IMG/VR virus record: IMGVR_UViG_3300032212_000075
Span: 1 to 37,428 of that record
DNA length: 37,428 nucleotides
Strand: one strand, 5' to 3'
Source: a virus
Lineage: Duplodnaviria; Caudoviricetes
The translations under genes and the position numbers were made by a program. Of this stretch, positions 1-9,543 are shown piece by piece. Position 1 is the first letter of the stretch; every line of letters begins with the position of its first letter. The notes under the pieces are model-generated. The model saw only the letters and a list, made by a program, of their open reading frames with translations, was not told the DNA's origin and did not search any database.

Positions 1-127
1 ACAATTAGGCCGAAAGTACAGGCGATTGCACAAGAGGCCGCTAAACTGTTCGCTAAAGAGGGTAATATAAGCCGCTCGGAGGCTGTTACACGCGCAGCTA
101 AAAAATTTGGCGTTGAGGTAGCTAAAG
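1..127. repeat. Direct terminal repeat, copy 1 (circularisation overlap)
   Basis: ACAATTAGGCCGAAAG...GGTAGCTAAAG is identical to 37302-37428. Confidence 0.97.
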
Positions 128-183
128 AAGCGGTTAAAGACGCCACAGACCCCGACAACATAAGGGCATTTCTTAAAAAGTAA
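1..183 (+). CDS. C-terminal part of the DNA ejection protein that starts at 36594 and wraps the contig end
   Basis: Frame from ATG 36594 continues through the repeat (TIRPKVQAIAQE...NIRAFLKK*) to TAA 181-183. Confidence 0.85.
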   Translation, partial: TIRPKVQAIAQEAAKLFAKEGNISRSEAVTRAAKKFGVEVAKEAVKDATDPDNIRAFLKK

Positions 184-200
184 CAAAAGGGCCATCGAGA

Positions 201-3200
201 ATGAGCGACCTTCTGAAAGACTACCGCACTAAATACCCGCAATATGATGATCTAAATGACGATCAATTGGTTAGTGCGCTACAGCAAAAATATAATACCG
301 AAAATGGTGTTGATGTTTCCCTTGAGGACTTCAGCGCCACAATTGGTTTTACACCCATGAAAACTATAATCGCAGAGCAAGCCGAGCCTGCTGATTTAAA
401 AACACCAGCCAATAAAAGTTTTAGTCTAGTAAACACCGCCAAACTAACGGGTGAACGTGCTGGCGATGTGGTGGGAAATGTTGCGGATTTTTCAAGTACG
501 GTGGGGACCGCAGCGCAAGAGGAGCTTGGAAACCCAACTTTAATCCTTGGCCGTTCACGCGAAACCTTGGAAAAGTCTGGTGTTGAGCCTGCATTCTATA
601 TCGGAGACAGAGGGTTTGGGGTTGCATCCAGCGAAGAGACACAAAAAATCCGTGATGTATCGCCAAATGTGGTTAAGCAAGCCGCAAATTTCCTTGAAGG
701 AATAGACCTTGGTGGAAAACAGGGCGATCAACGAACATGGCAAGAGGTGAAAGATGCACCGATAAGCAATGTATTGCCGTTTATTTTGGAAACCGGCCTT
801 GTTTCTTTACCTGATATGGCGGCGGCAATTGCTGCAACGCCTGCTTATGTGGCTTCACGTTCTCAAGAAATTGGAGAAGACAGGGCGGCAAATGACCAAC
901 GCGACGAGGCCACGCTTGAAGATGTAATAAAAGCATCGCCAGCCGCAATAGCTGTAACTTTACTTGAGCGGTTTGGTGGTCGCGGGATACTTGGGCTTGA
1001 CGATGCCGCTGTAACTGCCATCAAGCAAATCCCAAAAGAGGCCGGGAAAGCAGGAGTAAAAGAAGGTGCGACTGAATTTGTTCAAGGCATTATTGAAAAT
1101 GCTGGCGCTACAGTTGGCACCGAAAAAGGTTTTGATAAAGACGAAGCATTAGACGAAGGTTTGGCCGGTTTAGTTGCGGGTACTGGTTTTGGCGCCGGTG
1201 TACGCGGCACGACCGCTGGCGTTGATATTGCCGCTCAAACCGCACAAAACACACCTAACGCACAAATAAAACGCGAAGCAAAGGCACTAATAGGCGATAT
1301 TGATGCTTCTATCCCACCAGAAACAGGGGCAGAAGCCGCAAGTCGCGTTTTAACGCCTAATCAGACGCCAATTTCAGAGAAGGCACCCCAAGATAAAACT
1401 ATGGGGGAATTGGTAACTGAAAAGCGCGCTGAAATTCGTGGTGTTACGCCAGAGCAATTAATCGAACAAGAGCGCGTTGTTGAAACAGAAATTGCGGCAA
1501 CAGAAGCGATTAACGAATTGGAGACAGAAAATGTTACCTTGGATAGAGGACGCTTGGAGAGCCGGAGCGATAACGACGGAAGAAGCGACGAGATTGAACA
1601 AGTATCAGGAGAGAGCGTCACGCTTACGCCGGACAATATCGCTTCCGATGGACTTGATGGAACCACAAGCGAGATTGAATCTGTTCGAGATGATACCAGT
1701 GAGCGAAATGAGGCATTAAAACCTGAAGATGAAATTGTATCTGATAGTTTCGACAAGACTGTAAAGGCCGAAAGTGTGGCGGAGCCAATAGCCGACCCTG
1801 TTGATGGCGCATATCTTGAGCCTGAATTAGAGCCTGTAAAAGCATCCAGCGCGGTTACTCTATCCGAATATAGCCCAACACTTAAAAGCCAAGCTGCGGC
1901 TATAGAGAAAAAACAAACAGAAACCGATGCAAAGAAAAGCGCGGAATTGCCCGTTAAAGAAGCTGAATTAGTCAAGGGTAAGCCTGTTTATCCAAAGCCA
2001 GAACAAGACATAAACACCAAAGAATATATTGAGGCTGACAAAAAAATGTCCAAGCCTCTAAGTCCGGGTGAAATGGTTTTTCATTCGCCGGGGCATAACT
2101 ATGTTGGATTGTTCCGCTCAACGGGTATTCCGCCGCGCCAAGAAGTTGTTTCTGTTAATGGTCGGAAGGTTCGCGTTCCTGATGCGCCACAACGTATTGA
2201 GCCTATTATGTCGGACCTTGTTAAAATCATGGGTCGCCGCATTTACTTTGGAAAGATTAAGGGTAAGTCTTCTGAAGGGTTTTATCGCCCTGATGTTGGT
2301 GAAATTCGCACTCGTAGGAAAAATGATGTTGAGGTTTTGGCGCATGAAATGGCGCACTATCTTGATTTATATTCCAATGAAAGCCTGCCAAACTTTGCCA
2401 AGCAGTACCGAGACAAAAAATATGTGGGTCAAGTTACCGCGTTAAGTTACACGGACGCTAATCAGAAACTTCAAGAGATTGAAGGTTTTGCTGAGTTTGT
2501 TCGGCACTGGCTAACTAACAGCCAAGAAGCACAGCTTCGAGCACCAACCTACTATCAGGCGTTCAATAAGTTACTTGCCACAGACAAGGCGCTTAATAAG
2601 ACAATGCAGAGCCTTCAAGAGAAGATGCACAAGTTTTATTTTCAGGGTGCTGACAAACTTGGGCAGGCTTTGATTGGTAAAGAGCGTGGTTTTCTACAGC
2701 AATTTAACGAGTGGGCTTATCGCCGTGATAGCCGCATTCGCCAGCAAATGATTGATAGGTTTCATGCTGCGCGGAAAATAGAGCAAGAGCTTACCGGCAA
2801 GATTGGTGATGTTCGTGATTCGGCGTGGAAGCAATTTAGGATTGCCGGTGGTGGCTCTGAAGGTATTGCTGATTATATTCTTAATTACGGAACAGTTAAC
2901 TTTGACGCAAAGGGCGATCTAAAGCCTACAGGTAAATCACTGCATGACGTTCTTGAGCCTGTAAAGGTGGTAAAAGTTAAAGGTAAGCACAAAGGCGATG
3001 CGCCAATTGATTTGTTTTTGCGCTATCTTACTGGACGTAGGGCAATTGAATTACACCGTCAAGGCCGTGAAAACCTAATCCCAAAAGAAACAGCTATGAC
3101 TTGGGCGCGACTTGGTGGCGACTATCCTGTTTTTGAAACCATCGCTAAAGACTATCAAGCATTTAACAATCGTATGTTGGATTTTTACGAAGAAGCGGGA

Positions 3201-5351
3201 ATGATAACCTCTGAGGGTCGCGAGCTTATGCAGTCTTTGAATAAAGATTATGTTCCGTTCAATCGGATTCGTGAACAACTTGCAGGAAGTAAGCAGGCTG
3301 GCCCGGCTGGATTTAAAAAGCTGCGCGGCGGCACCGCAAACTTGAATGACATTCTTGTAAATATTCAGGACGGTATTGTTGCAAATGTTCAATCAGCTTT
3401 AAACAACAGGGCCAAACAACGTCTTTACCAATATATTGCAGGCCATAAAGACGGCGCAATATTCGCAACACGCCTTTCGCCGGATAGTAAGCTTGTAAAA
3501 GTTCACAATGAAGAAATGGCAACCAAGATCACTGATATTCTAGCTAAGAATGGAATTGAAGTTGAAGGTGGTCTTGATTTGACCGATCCCGGCTTGACAA
3601 GCTTTTGGCAACACGGCGTTAAACCTCGCGTTACGGAATCGGGAAATATTGTCGATACAATCATAATCGACGGCAAGCCAAAGTATTACGAAGTTCAAGA
3701 CCCGCTTCTTCAGGAAATGCTTCTTGCCATGAACCCCGAAAGCTATAGCGGGTTTATGAATGTGATGTTTGGCGTGAAAAACTTCTTTACGAGAGCCATT
3801 ACGCTTGGTGTTGAATTTACTGGCGCTAACCTTGTGCGAGATACAACGGGCGCAACATTTCTGAGCAAGAACAACTTCAAGCCGTTTATTGATAGCTTCA
3901 AGGGAATGTATTCATATATTACCAAAGACAAAGCATATCAGGACTTCTTGCGTTCCGGCGCTGGCTACTCAAGTCGCATTCAAGCCTTGACTAAAGAGGG
4001 TGGCGCACGACGCAGGGTTAAGCTTGATGAATTTGGTGTAATGACAGCCGCCGAAAATATTCTTTCCACTATCGATAATATAGCCAGCGCGTTTGAATAC
4101 GGGACACGTATTGGCGAATTTAAGGTTGCCAAGAAAAATCACCGTTCCGATATGGATGCTGGATATGCAGGCCGTGAAATATCAACTGACTTTGCGGTTA
4201 TGGGCGCTAATCACTTTTTAACCGGATATATGAGAACGGTTCCATTTTTAAATGCCATGGTTCAATCTCAGGACCGGGTTTTTCGGGAAGCTTTCATTTC
4301 AAAGAAGTACGACGGAAATCCGACGCGAATGGCAATGAAAGCCTTTCTTGGGATTACGCTACCAACGCTTGCGCTCTATTTAGTTAACCGTGACGATGAA
4401 GATTATCAAAACATTCCAGATTATGAGAAGCGCACCAACTGGCATATTAAAGTTGGAGACAATAGGTTTGTTAAGGTGCCGCGTCCTTACGATGTGGGAT
4501 TTGTTTATGCCACAATGCCCGAATTATTTTTCAAGTATATTGAGGACGAAAAAGGAAAAGAACTTTCCGACGGCCTAATATGGACGTTAACTCAAATGTA
4601 CGGAATTGACGGCACCCCTGCGATGATGACGGGGTGGTGGGATTTGGTGCGAAATAAAAAATGGACCGGCGCGCCAGTAGTTCCAAAATCATTATCTAAT
4701 GTTGAGGCAACAGAACAATACACTTCAAACACCAGCGAAACATTTGTTCGCATGGGTGAGGCGCTTGGTATCAGCCCTATCAAGGCCGAGCATATGTTCA
4801 ATGCATACACCGGCTATCTTGGCGGGTACTTACTTGCTGGAACAGACCATATGATGTGGGATGAAGAAAAGTTTGGCCCAAAGCCTGAAAAAGATGTTGC
4901 GGAAAGCATTTTCCTTAAACGGTTTTTAACTACCGAACAGCGGCCTAACACCCGAGCAATGGAAAAGTTTTTTGACTTAAAAGAAGCTTCTGACAAAATT
5001 GTAGCTACATTTAAGCAACAAATTGACGCACGCAGGGCCATTAAGGGCCAAATAAAAGACAGCGCTGGAAAGTTCAAGTCTGATAAATTTTACGGGTTAT
5101 CAGGGAAAGAAAAAGCTGTTTTGTTTGCTCTTAACGATTCAATGAACCAGCTTATAAAGCTAGTGTATGGCAAAAATGGTATAAAAACCGCAGAGCTTGC
5201 TATAAAATACAATAAAAATTTAACGGCTGAAGAAAAGCGATATCGAATAGATGCTCTTTGGAAGTCAAGGAATAAGCTCTTCATGGATTATTACGAAAAG
5301 GCAAACGGTGCCTTGGATAAAGCCAAGAAGTCGGCCAAAACGGAGAATTAA
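201..5351 (+). CDS. Large DNA ejection / internal virion protein (P22 gp16 position); polyvalent protein with zincin-like metallopeptidase motif and LPD38-like C-terminal region
   Basis: 1716 aa; third gene of the ejection cluster; LAHEMAHYLD...EGFAEF motif; C-terminal VPFLNA/IPDYEKRTNWHI/VPRPYDVG/NKKWTGAPVVP/ISPIKAEH pattern resembles LPD38. Confidence 0.7.
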   Translation: MSDLLKDYRTKYPQYDDLNDDQLVSALQQKYNTENGVDVSLEDFSATIGFTPMKTIIAEQAEPADLKTPANKSFSLVNTAKLTGERAGDVVGNVADFSSTVGTAAQEELGNPTLILGRSRETLEKSGVEPAFYIGDRGFGVASSEETQKIRDVSPNVVKQAANFLEGIDLGGKQGDQRTWQEVKDAPISNVLPFILETGLVSLPDMAAAIAATPAYVASRSQEIGEDRAANDQRDEATLEDVIKASPAAIAVTLLERFGGRGILGLDDAAVTAIKQIPKEAGKAGVKEGATEFVQGIIENAGATVGTEKGFDKDEALDEGLAGLVAGTGFGAGVRGTTAGVDIAAQTAQNTPNAQIKREAKALIGDIDASIPPETGAEAASRVLTPNQTPISEKAPQDKTMGELVTEKRAEIRGVTPEQLIEQERVVETEIAATEAINELETENVTLDRGRLESRSDNDGRSDEIEQVSGESVTLTPDNIASDGLDGTTSEIESVRDDTSERNEALKPEDEIVSDSFDKTVKAESVAEPIADPVDGAYLEPELEPVKASSAVTLSEYSPTLKSQAAAIEKKQTETDAKKSAELPVKEAELVKGKPVYPKPEQDINTKEYIEADKKMSKPLSPGEMVFHSPGHNYVGLFRSTGIPPRQEVVSVNGRKVRVPDAPQRIEPIMSDLVKIMGRRIYFGKIKGKSSEGFYRPDVGEIRTRRKNDVEVLAHEMAHYLDLYSNESLPNFAKQYRDKKYVGQVTALSYTDANQKLQEIEGFAEFVRHWLTNSQEAQLRAPTYYQAFNKLLATDKALNKTMQSLQEKMHKFYFQGADKLGQALIGKERGFLQQFNEWAYRRDSRIRQQMIDRFHAARKIEQELTGKIGDVRDSAWKQFRIAGGGSEGIADYILNYGTVNFDAKGDLKPTGKSLHDVLEPVKVVKVKGKHKGDAPIDLFLRYLTGRRAIELHRQGRENLIPKETAMTWARLGGDYPVFETIAKDYQAFNNRMLDFYEEAGMITSEGRELMQSLNKDYVPFNRIREQLAGSKQAGPAGFKKLRGGTANLNDILVNIQDGIVANVQSALNNRAKQRLYQYIAGHKDGAIFATRLSPDSKLVKVHNEEMATKITDILAKNGIEVEGGLDLTDPGLTSFWQHGVKPRVTESGNIVDTIIIDGKPKYYEVQDPLLQEMLLAMNPESYSGFMNVMFGVKNFFTRAITLGVEFTGANLVRDTTGATFLSKNNFKPFIDSFKGMYSYITKDKAYQDFLRSGAGYSSRIQALTKEGGARRRVKLDEFGVMTAAENILSTIDNIASAFEYGTRIGEFKVAKKNHRSDMDAGYAGREISTDFAVMGANHFLTGYMRTVPFLNAMVQSQDRVFREAFISKKYDGNPTRMAMKAFLGITLPTLALYLVNRDDEDYQNIPDYEKRTNWHIKVGDNRFVKVPRPYDVGFVYATMPELFFKYIEDEKGKELSDGLIWTLTQMYGIDGTPAMMTGWWDLVRNKKWTGAPVVPKSLSNVEATEQYTSNTSETFVRMGEALGISPIKAEHMFNAYTGYLGGYLLAGTDHMMWDEEKFGPKPEKDVAESIFLKRFLTTEQRPNTRAMEKFFDLKEASDKIVATFKQQIDARRAIKGQIKDSAGKFKSDKFYGLSGKEKAVLFALNDSMNQLIKLVYGKNGIKTAELAIKYNKNLTAEEKRYRIDALWKSRNKLFMDYYEKANGALDKAKKSAKTEN

Positions 5352-5352
5352 T

Positions 5353-7107
5353 ATGGCTCAAGCGATGATTATGCCGAAAAAGTATTTCTTTGATGATAAT
5401 GGAAACCCTTTGGCTTTTGGCAAGGTTTATACTTACGCGGCAGGCACCACAGACCCGCAAGTCACTTGGGTTGACGAACTGAAAAGTGCTGAGAACACAA
5501 ACCCAATTATTCTAAATGAGCAGGGCTATGCGGAAATTTATTTGGATGGCTCTTACAATATAGAGGTATTCGACGCAAATGATGACCCTATTTGGACTGC
5601 GGACCCGGTTAGCTCTTTGCAAGAAAAATCAACCGTTGACAGCATCGCGGATTTAACGGCCATTGATGTTTCTACATTGCTGGATGGTTCTGTAATAATT
5701 GTTAAGGGTTACGCATCCCCATCAGATGGTGGGGGCGGAATGCTCTATTGGGATGCATCAAGCACCGAAACCCCAACTTTGGGAAACTATTTTCAAGCTG
5801 ATAGTGGTGAACCGGGCAGATTTATAAGGATTTTAGATGGTACGCCATTGATAGAAATGTGGGGATGCCTTCCGTCGAATGCAGACAATTCAGCAAACCT
5901 TCAAGCTGTTCAAGATAGCGGGCTTGGTAAGTTCACATGCCTAGGCGGGACATACCCTCATGACAGCACCATTTTTATGAAAGATGGTATTCTGATAGAG
6001 GGAAATGGTACAAACACCACAATTTTTGATGGTTCTGGTATTACAAGCGGCCCTAACTTTCATGTGACGGGCGGGGTAGCGAATTTTTTAAATTCGGGTG
6101 GCCTAAAAGATGTTCAACTTCTTGGCGGATTTACACACCAACTTCTTATTGATGATGGGGGCTCAGGCGGTGGGATTGGTGAAGATGTAACCTTTGATAA
6201 TATCAGGTTCCAATCTTCTGGTGGGGATGGGCTTCATTTAGATGGGAACTCGGCACCCGTCCAAATTGGTAGGATTAGTGCTTTTGGATGTACTGGCAAT
6301 GGTTGTTACATTCAGGAAAACGTTAGTACTGTGGTAGTTGATTTCATATCAGGCGATGAAAACCTTTATCTATGTCAGGTTGATAGCCTCAATACTTCTG
6401 CAAATGTTTGGATTAAAGCATACAAGTCTGAGCGTCGATCAGCAGGCCTTCAGGATGATGTATTTAGGATTACAAATGCTGTTGGTGGTCGGATTAAAAT
6501 AGGCCGAGGAACAGTAGTTAACCAAGATGCGTCCACACCTAATTCTGTTGTGCGGGTTGTGAGCGGTTCTTCTATTGTGATGCAAGTTGATCCTGTTGGA
6601 GATGTTACCGGTTTAGGCCCATCGTATCCATTAGGAATTGATAACGATATAACAAGCCGTGATATTGCTTTGTCTGACTTAAAAATCGGAAGTTATCAGA
6701 CTGAACGAATTAACATGGCCCCTAATTTTTCTGGCGCTTCTGCTGTTCCGATTATATGGGATGAAAGGGTTTCTATCGCGGCTGTATCTTCTGGTAATAC
6801 AATGCGCGTAAATCATGCAAGTGACGGTGCTACCACAACAACTAACTTTGAGGTTTTTAACAACACCACAAAAACCTTTGGAGTCTCCAATAGTGGCTCC
6901 GTTACAACTTTAAGCAATATTGTTTGCGGTGGAACAATTATTAGACTTGGAACAACAACGGTTGATGTGACAACGGGGGCCGGAACTCCTGAATCTGTTG
7001 TAACCGCTAATCAAGGTTCTATTTATTTGAGAAACAATGGCGGTGCAGCGCAGGGGCTCTATGTAAAAGAAAGCGGTTCTGGAAATACTGGATGGGTGGC
7101 GAAATGA
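5353..7107 (+). CDS. Tailspike / receptor-binding protein with N-terminal head-binding domain and probable beta-helix (pectin-lyase-like) body
   Basis: Start reassigned to ATG 5353 after GGAG RBS; N-terminus DDNGNPLAFGKVYTYAAGTT...NPIILNEQGYAEIY; KGYASPSDGGGG motif; G/N-rich repeats; C-terminal GTPESVVTANQGSIYLR...YVKESGSGNTGWVAK. Confidence 0.8.
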   Translation: MAQAMIMPKKYFFDDNGNPLAFGKVYTYAAGTTDPQVTWVDELKSAENTNPIILNEQGYAEIYLDGSYNIEVFDANDDPIWTADPVSSLQEKSTVDSIADLTAIDVSTLLDGSVIIVKGYASPSDGGGGMLYWDASSTETPTLGNYFQADSGEPGRFIRILDGTPLIEMWGCLPSNADNSANLQAVQDSGLGKFTCLGGTYPHDSTIFMKDGILIEGNGTNTTIFDGSGITSGPNFHVTGGVANFLNSGGLKDVQLLGGFTHQLLIDDGGSGGGIGEDVTFDNIRFQSSGGDGLHLDGNSAPVQIGRISAFGCTGNGCYIQENVSTVVVDFISGDENLYLCQVDSLNTSANVWIKAYKSERRSAGLQDDVFRITNAVGGRIKIGRGTVVNQDASTPNSVVRVVSGSSIVMQVDPVGDVTGLGPSYPLGIDNDITSRDIALSDLKIGSYQTERINMAPNFSGASAVPIIWDERVSIAAVSSGNTMRVNHASDGATTTTNFEVFNNTTKTFGVSNSGSVTTLSNIVCGGTIIRLGTTTVDVTTGAGTPESVVTANQGSIYLRNNGGAAQGLYVKESGSGNTGWVAK

Positions 7108-7505
7108 TTGTTTATAGAGACAGTAACGGAAACATTTTGAATGTTGGCGAATGGGATTTATGCCCAACTCCTATGTTGAGGGGCGAAACCCCATTAGAAC
7201 CTGAAGAACACGTATTGTTAGCCGAAAAAGGGCTAGATAATCGTTTTGTGTACGACAAGGACTACAACCTTGTTTATGCAGACATGAACCCTATTCCTGA
7301 GGGAACCACTTTTGCAGATGAAGAGTGTTCCGAGCGAGAAGATGGCGCACTTTGGCCTGTTTCTGACTGGAGAGCTTTCAGGGTAGCTGCTTACCCCTCG
7401 ATTTACGAGCAGCTAGACATGCAGTATTGGGATGCTATTAACAAGTCAGAAAAATGGAAGGAAACAATTGCCGAAATAAAAAGGCGGTACCCAAAAAATG
7501 AATGA
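7104..7505 (+). CDS. Tail-fibre-associated / assembly protein
   Basis: ATGA overlap with tailspike stop; C-terminal RVAAYPSIYEQLDMQYWD...IKRRYPK motif typical of proteins downstream of tail fibres in marine phages. Confidence 0.55.
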   Translation: MIVYRDSNGNILNVGEWDLCPTPMLRGETPLEPEEHVLLAEKGLDNRFVYDKDYNLVYADMNPIPEGTTFADEECSEREDGALWPVSDWRAFRVAAYPSIYEQLDMQYWDAINKSEKWKETIAEIKRRYPKNE

Positions 7506-7953
7506 AATTTTTCTTAAAAGACTGTGTGATAACGGGAGAGCCACATTGGGAATGGTTTATTTCCCAAGTGGTTTTTTTTGTTTTTCTTTGGAGGATGAAT
7601 TTCGGAAGGTGAAAGTATCAGGAGAAACAAGAATTCCCGCCGGTTCTTACAGGCTTGAAAAGTGTTTCCAATCCGGCTTGTTGAATAGAATGCGCGCAAA
7701 TGGCTGGTACACGTTCGATTGGATACCTACTATTTGTGATGTGCCGGGTTTCAAAAATATTCGTATGCACAATGGGGCCAACGAACACCATACAGACGGT
7801 TGCCCACTTGTAGGATTCGTAGCAGATGGTAAAAGCTTCACGCTTGGCAGAAGTCGCGAGTGCATGCTTGAATTTGTTGAAAGACTTGAAACGTGCTTTA
7901 ATGAGGGCGCTGTTTACATAACCATCTATGATGAAAGGAAGGACAATGAATAG
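7498..7953 (+). CDS. DUF5675-family putative endolysin (L,D-peptidase-like)
   Basis: ATLG...CFSLED...ETRIPAGSY...DVPGFKNIRMHNGANEHHTDGCPLVG; His/Cys catalytic-type motif; first gene of the lysis region. Confidence 0.75.
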   Translation: MNEIFLKRLCDNGRATLGMVYFPSGFFCFSLEDEFRKVKVSGETRIPAGSYRLEKCFQSGLLNRMRANGWYTFDWIPTICDVPGFKNIRMHNGANEHHTDGCPLVGFVADGKSFTLGRSRECMLEFVERLETCFNEGAVYITIYDERKDNE

Positions 7954-8569
7954 CATAATCACATATTTCAAAAACCGCCTTACCGAAAAAACCACACACC
8001 TTGCAATTGTCGCCTTCGTAATGGGGCTGATTGCAAAGTTCACAGGCGCAAGCGCTGAAATTCTGAGCGCGACCGAAGAGGTTGTTAGCGCTCTTATTCT
8101 TTTAGGTGTCGCCGCTATCCCAACGCCAAAGTTAAAAAAAGACATCGCTAAATCTGCATTAAGTGCAGGAATAGCCGCTTTTCTTTTACTGTTTCTTTCT
8201 GCATGCGGGGGAAATGGAAGCGTTCTTGGCGGATATTTAATTGATATTAAAAACCCTCAAGCAAAGGCAGGATTTAATGAGGCCACGATGATTTATGGCA
8301 AGGTGAAAAATGCCAACGGCGATGAAGAATATCAAATGAAATTTTTCAACCTTGTTAATGGGCAAGAAAGTTCAGAATTGAAATTAGAGTTGGCCTTGTC
8401 TGATGGAACAATTTACAAATTCAGTGCTGGCGAAGTGCAGGCATTTAAAGCTTTTGATACTCGCGCAGACGTAGAAAAAGCCATTGCGGAAACGGTAGGG
8501 GGCATTTTATCACCAGAAATGATTGCTGAAGTTGCCAAAAAACTTGCCGCTGGCGGTATTAGCCCTTGA
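7946..8569 (+). CDS. Holin-like membrane protein fused to a lipobox-containing periplasmic domain
   Basis: ATG 7946 after GGAAGGA RBS; two N-terminal hydrophobic segments, then FLLLFLSA-CGG lipobox at about residue 87 and ~120 soluble residues. Confidence 0.55.
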   Translation: MNSIITYFKNRLTEKTTHLAIVAFVMGLIAKFTGASAEILSATEEVVSALILLGVAAIPTPKLKKDIAKSALSAGIAAFLLLFLSACGGNGSVLGGYLIDIKNPQAKAGFNEATMIYGKVKNANGDEEYQMKFFNLVNGQESSELKLELALSDGTIYKFSAGEVQAFKAFDTRADVEKAIAETVGGILSPEMIAEVAKKLAAGGISP

Positions 8570-8721
8570 CCCGAAGAAGCAGAAGAGAAAGAAGGGCGCG
8601 ACGTAAGGCGAGAAAGGCCCGTAATGTCATAAGCGGAAACATGGAAATACCAGAAGTACCTAGTGTTCCAGATGTTCCAGAAATTGAAATTGAAAACGAA
8701 GAGGAAACGGAAAATGGCTAA
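8566..8721 (+). CDS. 51-aa microprotein, Arg-rich N-half and acidic C-half
   Basis: TTG start overlapping upstream TGA; MTRRSRRERRARRKARKARNVISGNMEIPEVPSVPDVPEIEIENEEETENG*; not in ORF track. Confidence 0.5.
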   Translation: MTRRSRRERRARRKARKARNVISGNMEIPEVPSVPDVPEIEIENEEETENG

Positions 8722-8833
8722 GTTGCCAGATAAAGGACGCGGCGGACGGTCTGCAAGCACAAGTAAACCATCCAAGAAAACCGCACCAAATCCTACTAAG
8801 ACTGAAACCACCAAGAAGAGTGGCAAAAAGTGA
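8714..8833 (+). CDS. 39-aa Lys/Ser/Thr-rich microprotein
   Basis: GAGG RBS upstream; MAKLPDKGRGGRSASTSKPSKKTAPNPTKTETTKKSGKK*; stop overlaps next GTG start (GTGA). Confidence 0.55.
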   Translation: MAKLPDKGRGGRSASTSKPSKKTAPNPTKTETTKKSGKK

Positions 8834-9264
8834 TTGTATTGGCCGCAATGATTTTAGTTTATGGTTCGTGCTGTTTTGGCAGCATGAAAAAGGTTGCTTA
8901 CCTTTACTTTGCTATGGCTATTATTAATGCGGCCATTTATCCAATTTTTTATGCACTTGATACCACGGAAGACTCACCGTGGCTTTTTGTTATATACGGT
9001 TACGGCGTAACGGAAAGTTACCTGAAGTTGTTATTTCTATTGTGGATTACTCGTTTTAAACACCGCCAGTTGATTATTTTGTTGTTTGGACACATTATGA
9101 ACGATGCGTTCAATAGTTTTCATTATGGGTTGGTAAATGACGCGATAATCGTATGTGAAATGATATGCTTCATAAAGGGGTCTGAAGGTGTTCTTGCTGG
9201 ACTTACTGACAAATTATCACCTCGAAATTTACGGGGCTTGCATCATACTAGGGGCCATTCATGA
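8830..9264 (+). CDS. Multi-pass membrane protein, unknown function
   Basis: 144 aa, ~4 hydrophobic segments, coupled to neighbours on both sides. Confidence 0.6.
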   Translation: MIVLAAMILVYGSCCFGSMKKVAYLYFAMAIINAAIYPIFYALDTTEDSPWLFVIYGYGVTESYLKLLFLLWITRFKHRQLIILLFGHIMNDAFNSFHYGLVNDAIIVCEMICFIKGSEGVLAGLTDKLSPRNLRGLHHTRGHS

Positions 9265-9512
9265 AATCCGTATTTGCCGACAAAATAGAAGAAGGTTTAA
9301 GGAAAGCAACCGAGGTGACGACGCCGACAGCAGGGACAACAACGGCGGCTGGTAGTTTTTTAGGCTTTTTAAATGAATACGGTGTGGCTATCGGTGTGAT
9401 AATTACCGTTCTTTCGTTTTCCGTTAATTGGTATTACAGAGAAAAAGCGGATCGTCGCCACGAAAGAGAGCACCAACAAAAACTTGCCTCAATAAAAAGC
9501 CCCGCCGAATAG
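9261..9512 (+). CDS. HP1-family-like holin
   Basis: GVAIGVIITVLSFSVNWYYREK motif with charged C-tail. Confidence 0.65.
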   Translation: MKSVFADKIEEGLRKATEVTTPTAGTTTAAGSFLGFLNEYGVAIGVIITVLSFSVNWYYREKADRRHEREHQQKLASIKSPAE

Positions 9513-9525
9513 CAGGGCTTTAAAA
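9494..9525. terminator. Probable bidirectional intrinsic terminator between the convergent arms
   Basis: AAAAAGCCCCGC-CGAATA-GCAGGGCTTT hairpin flanked by A and T runs where the late (+) and early (-) arms meet. Confidence 0.6.
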
Positions 9526-9543
9526 GTCATCATTTTGTTGGGT

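Noticed and set aside
1361-1975. 204-aa minus-strand Ser-rich ORF and similar antisense ORFs (e.g. 7618-8145, 8413-8826, 13187-13705, 26119-26568)
   Set aside because: Shadow frames opposite well-supported genes, with no motifs or RBS context
5251-5352. N-terminal extension of the tailspike in the ORF track
   Set aside because: Overlaps the end of the upstream gene by 101 nt; RBS-supported ATG is at 5353
5353-7505. Diversity-generating retroelement or invertible tail cassette
   Set aside because: No reverse transcriptase, invertase or template/variable repeat pair was recognised
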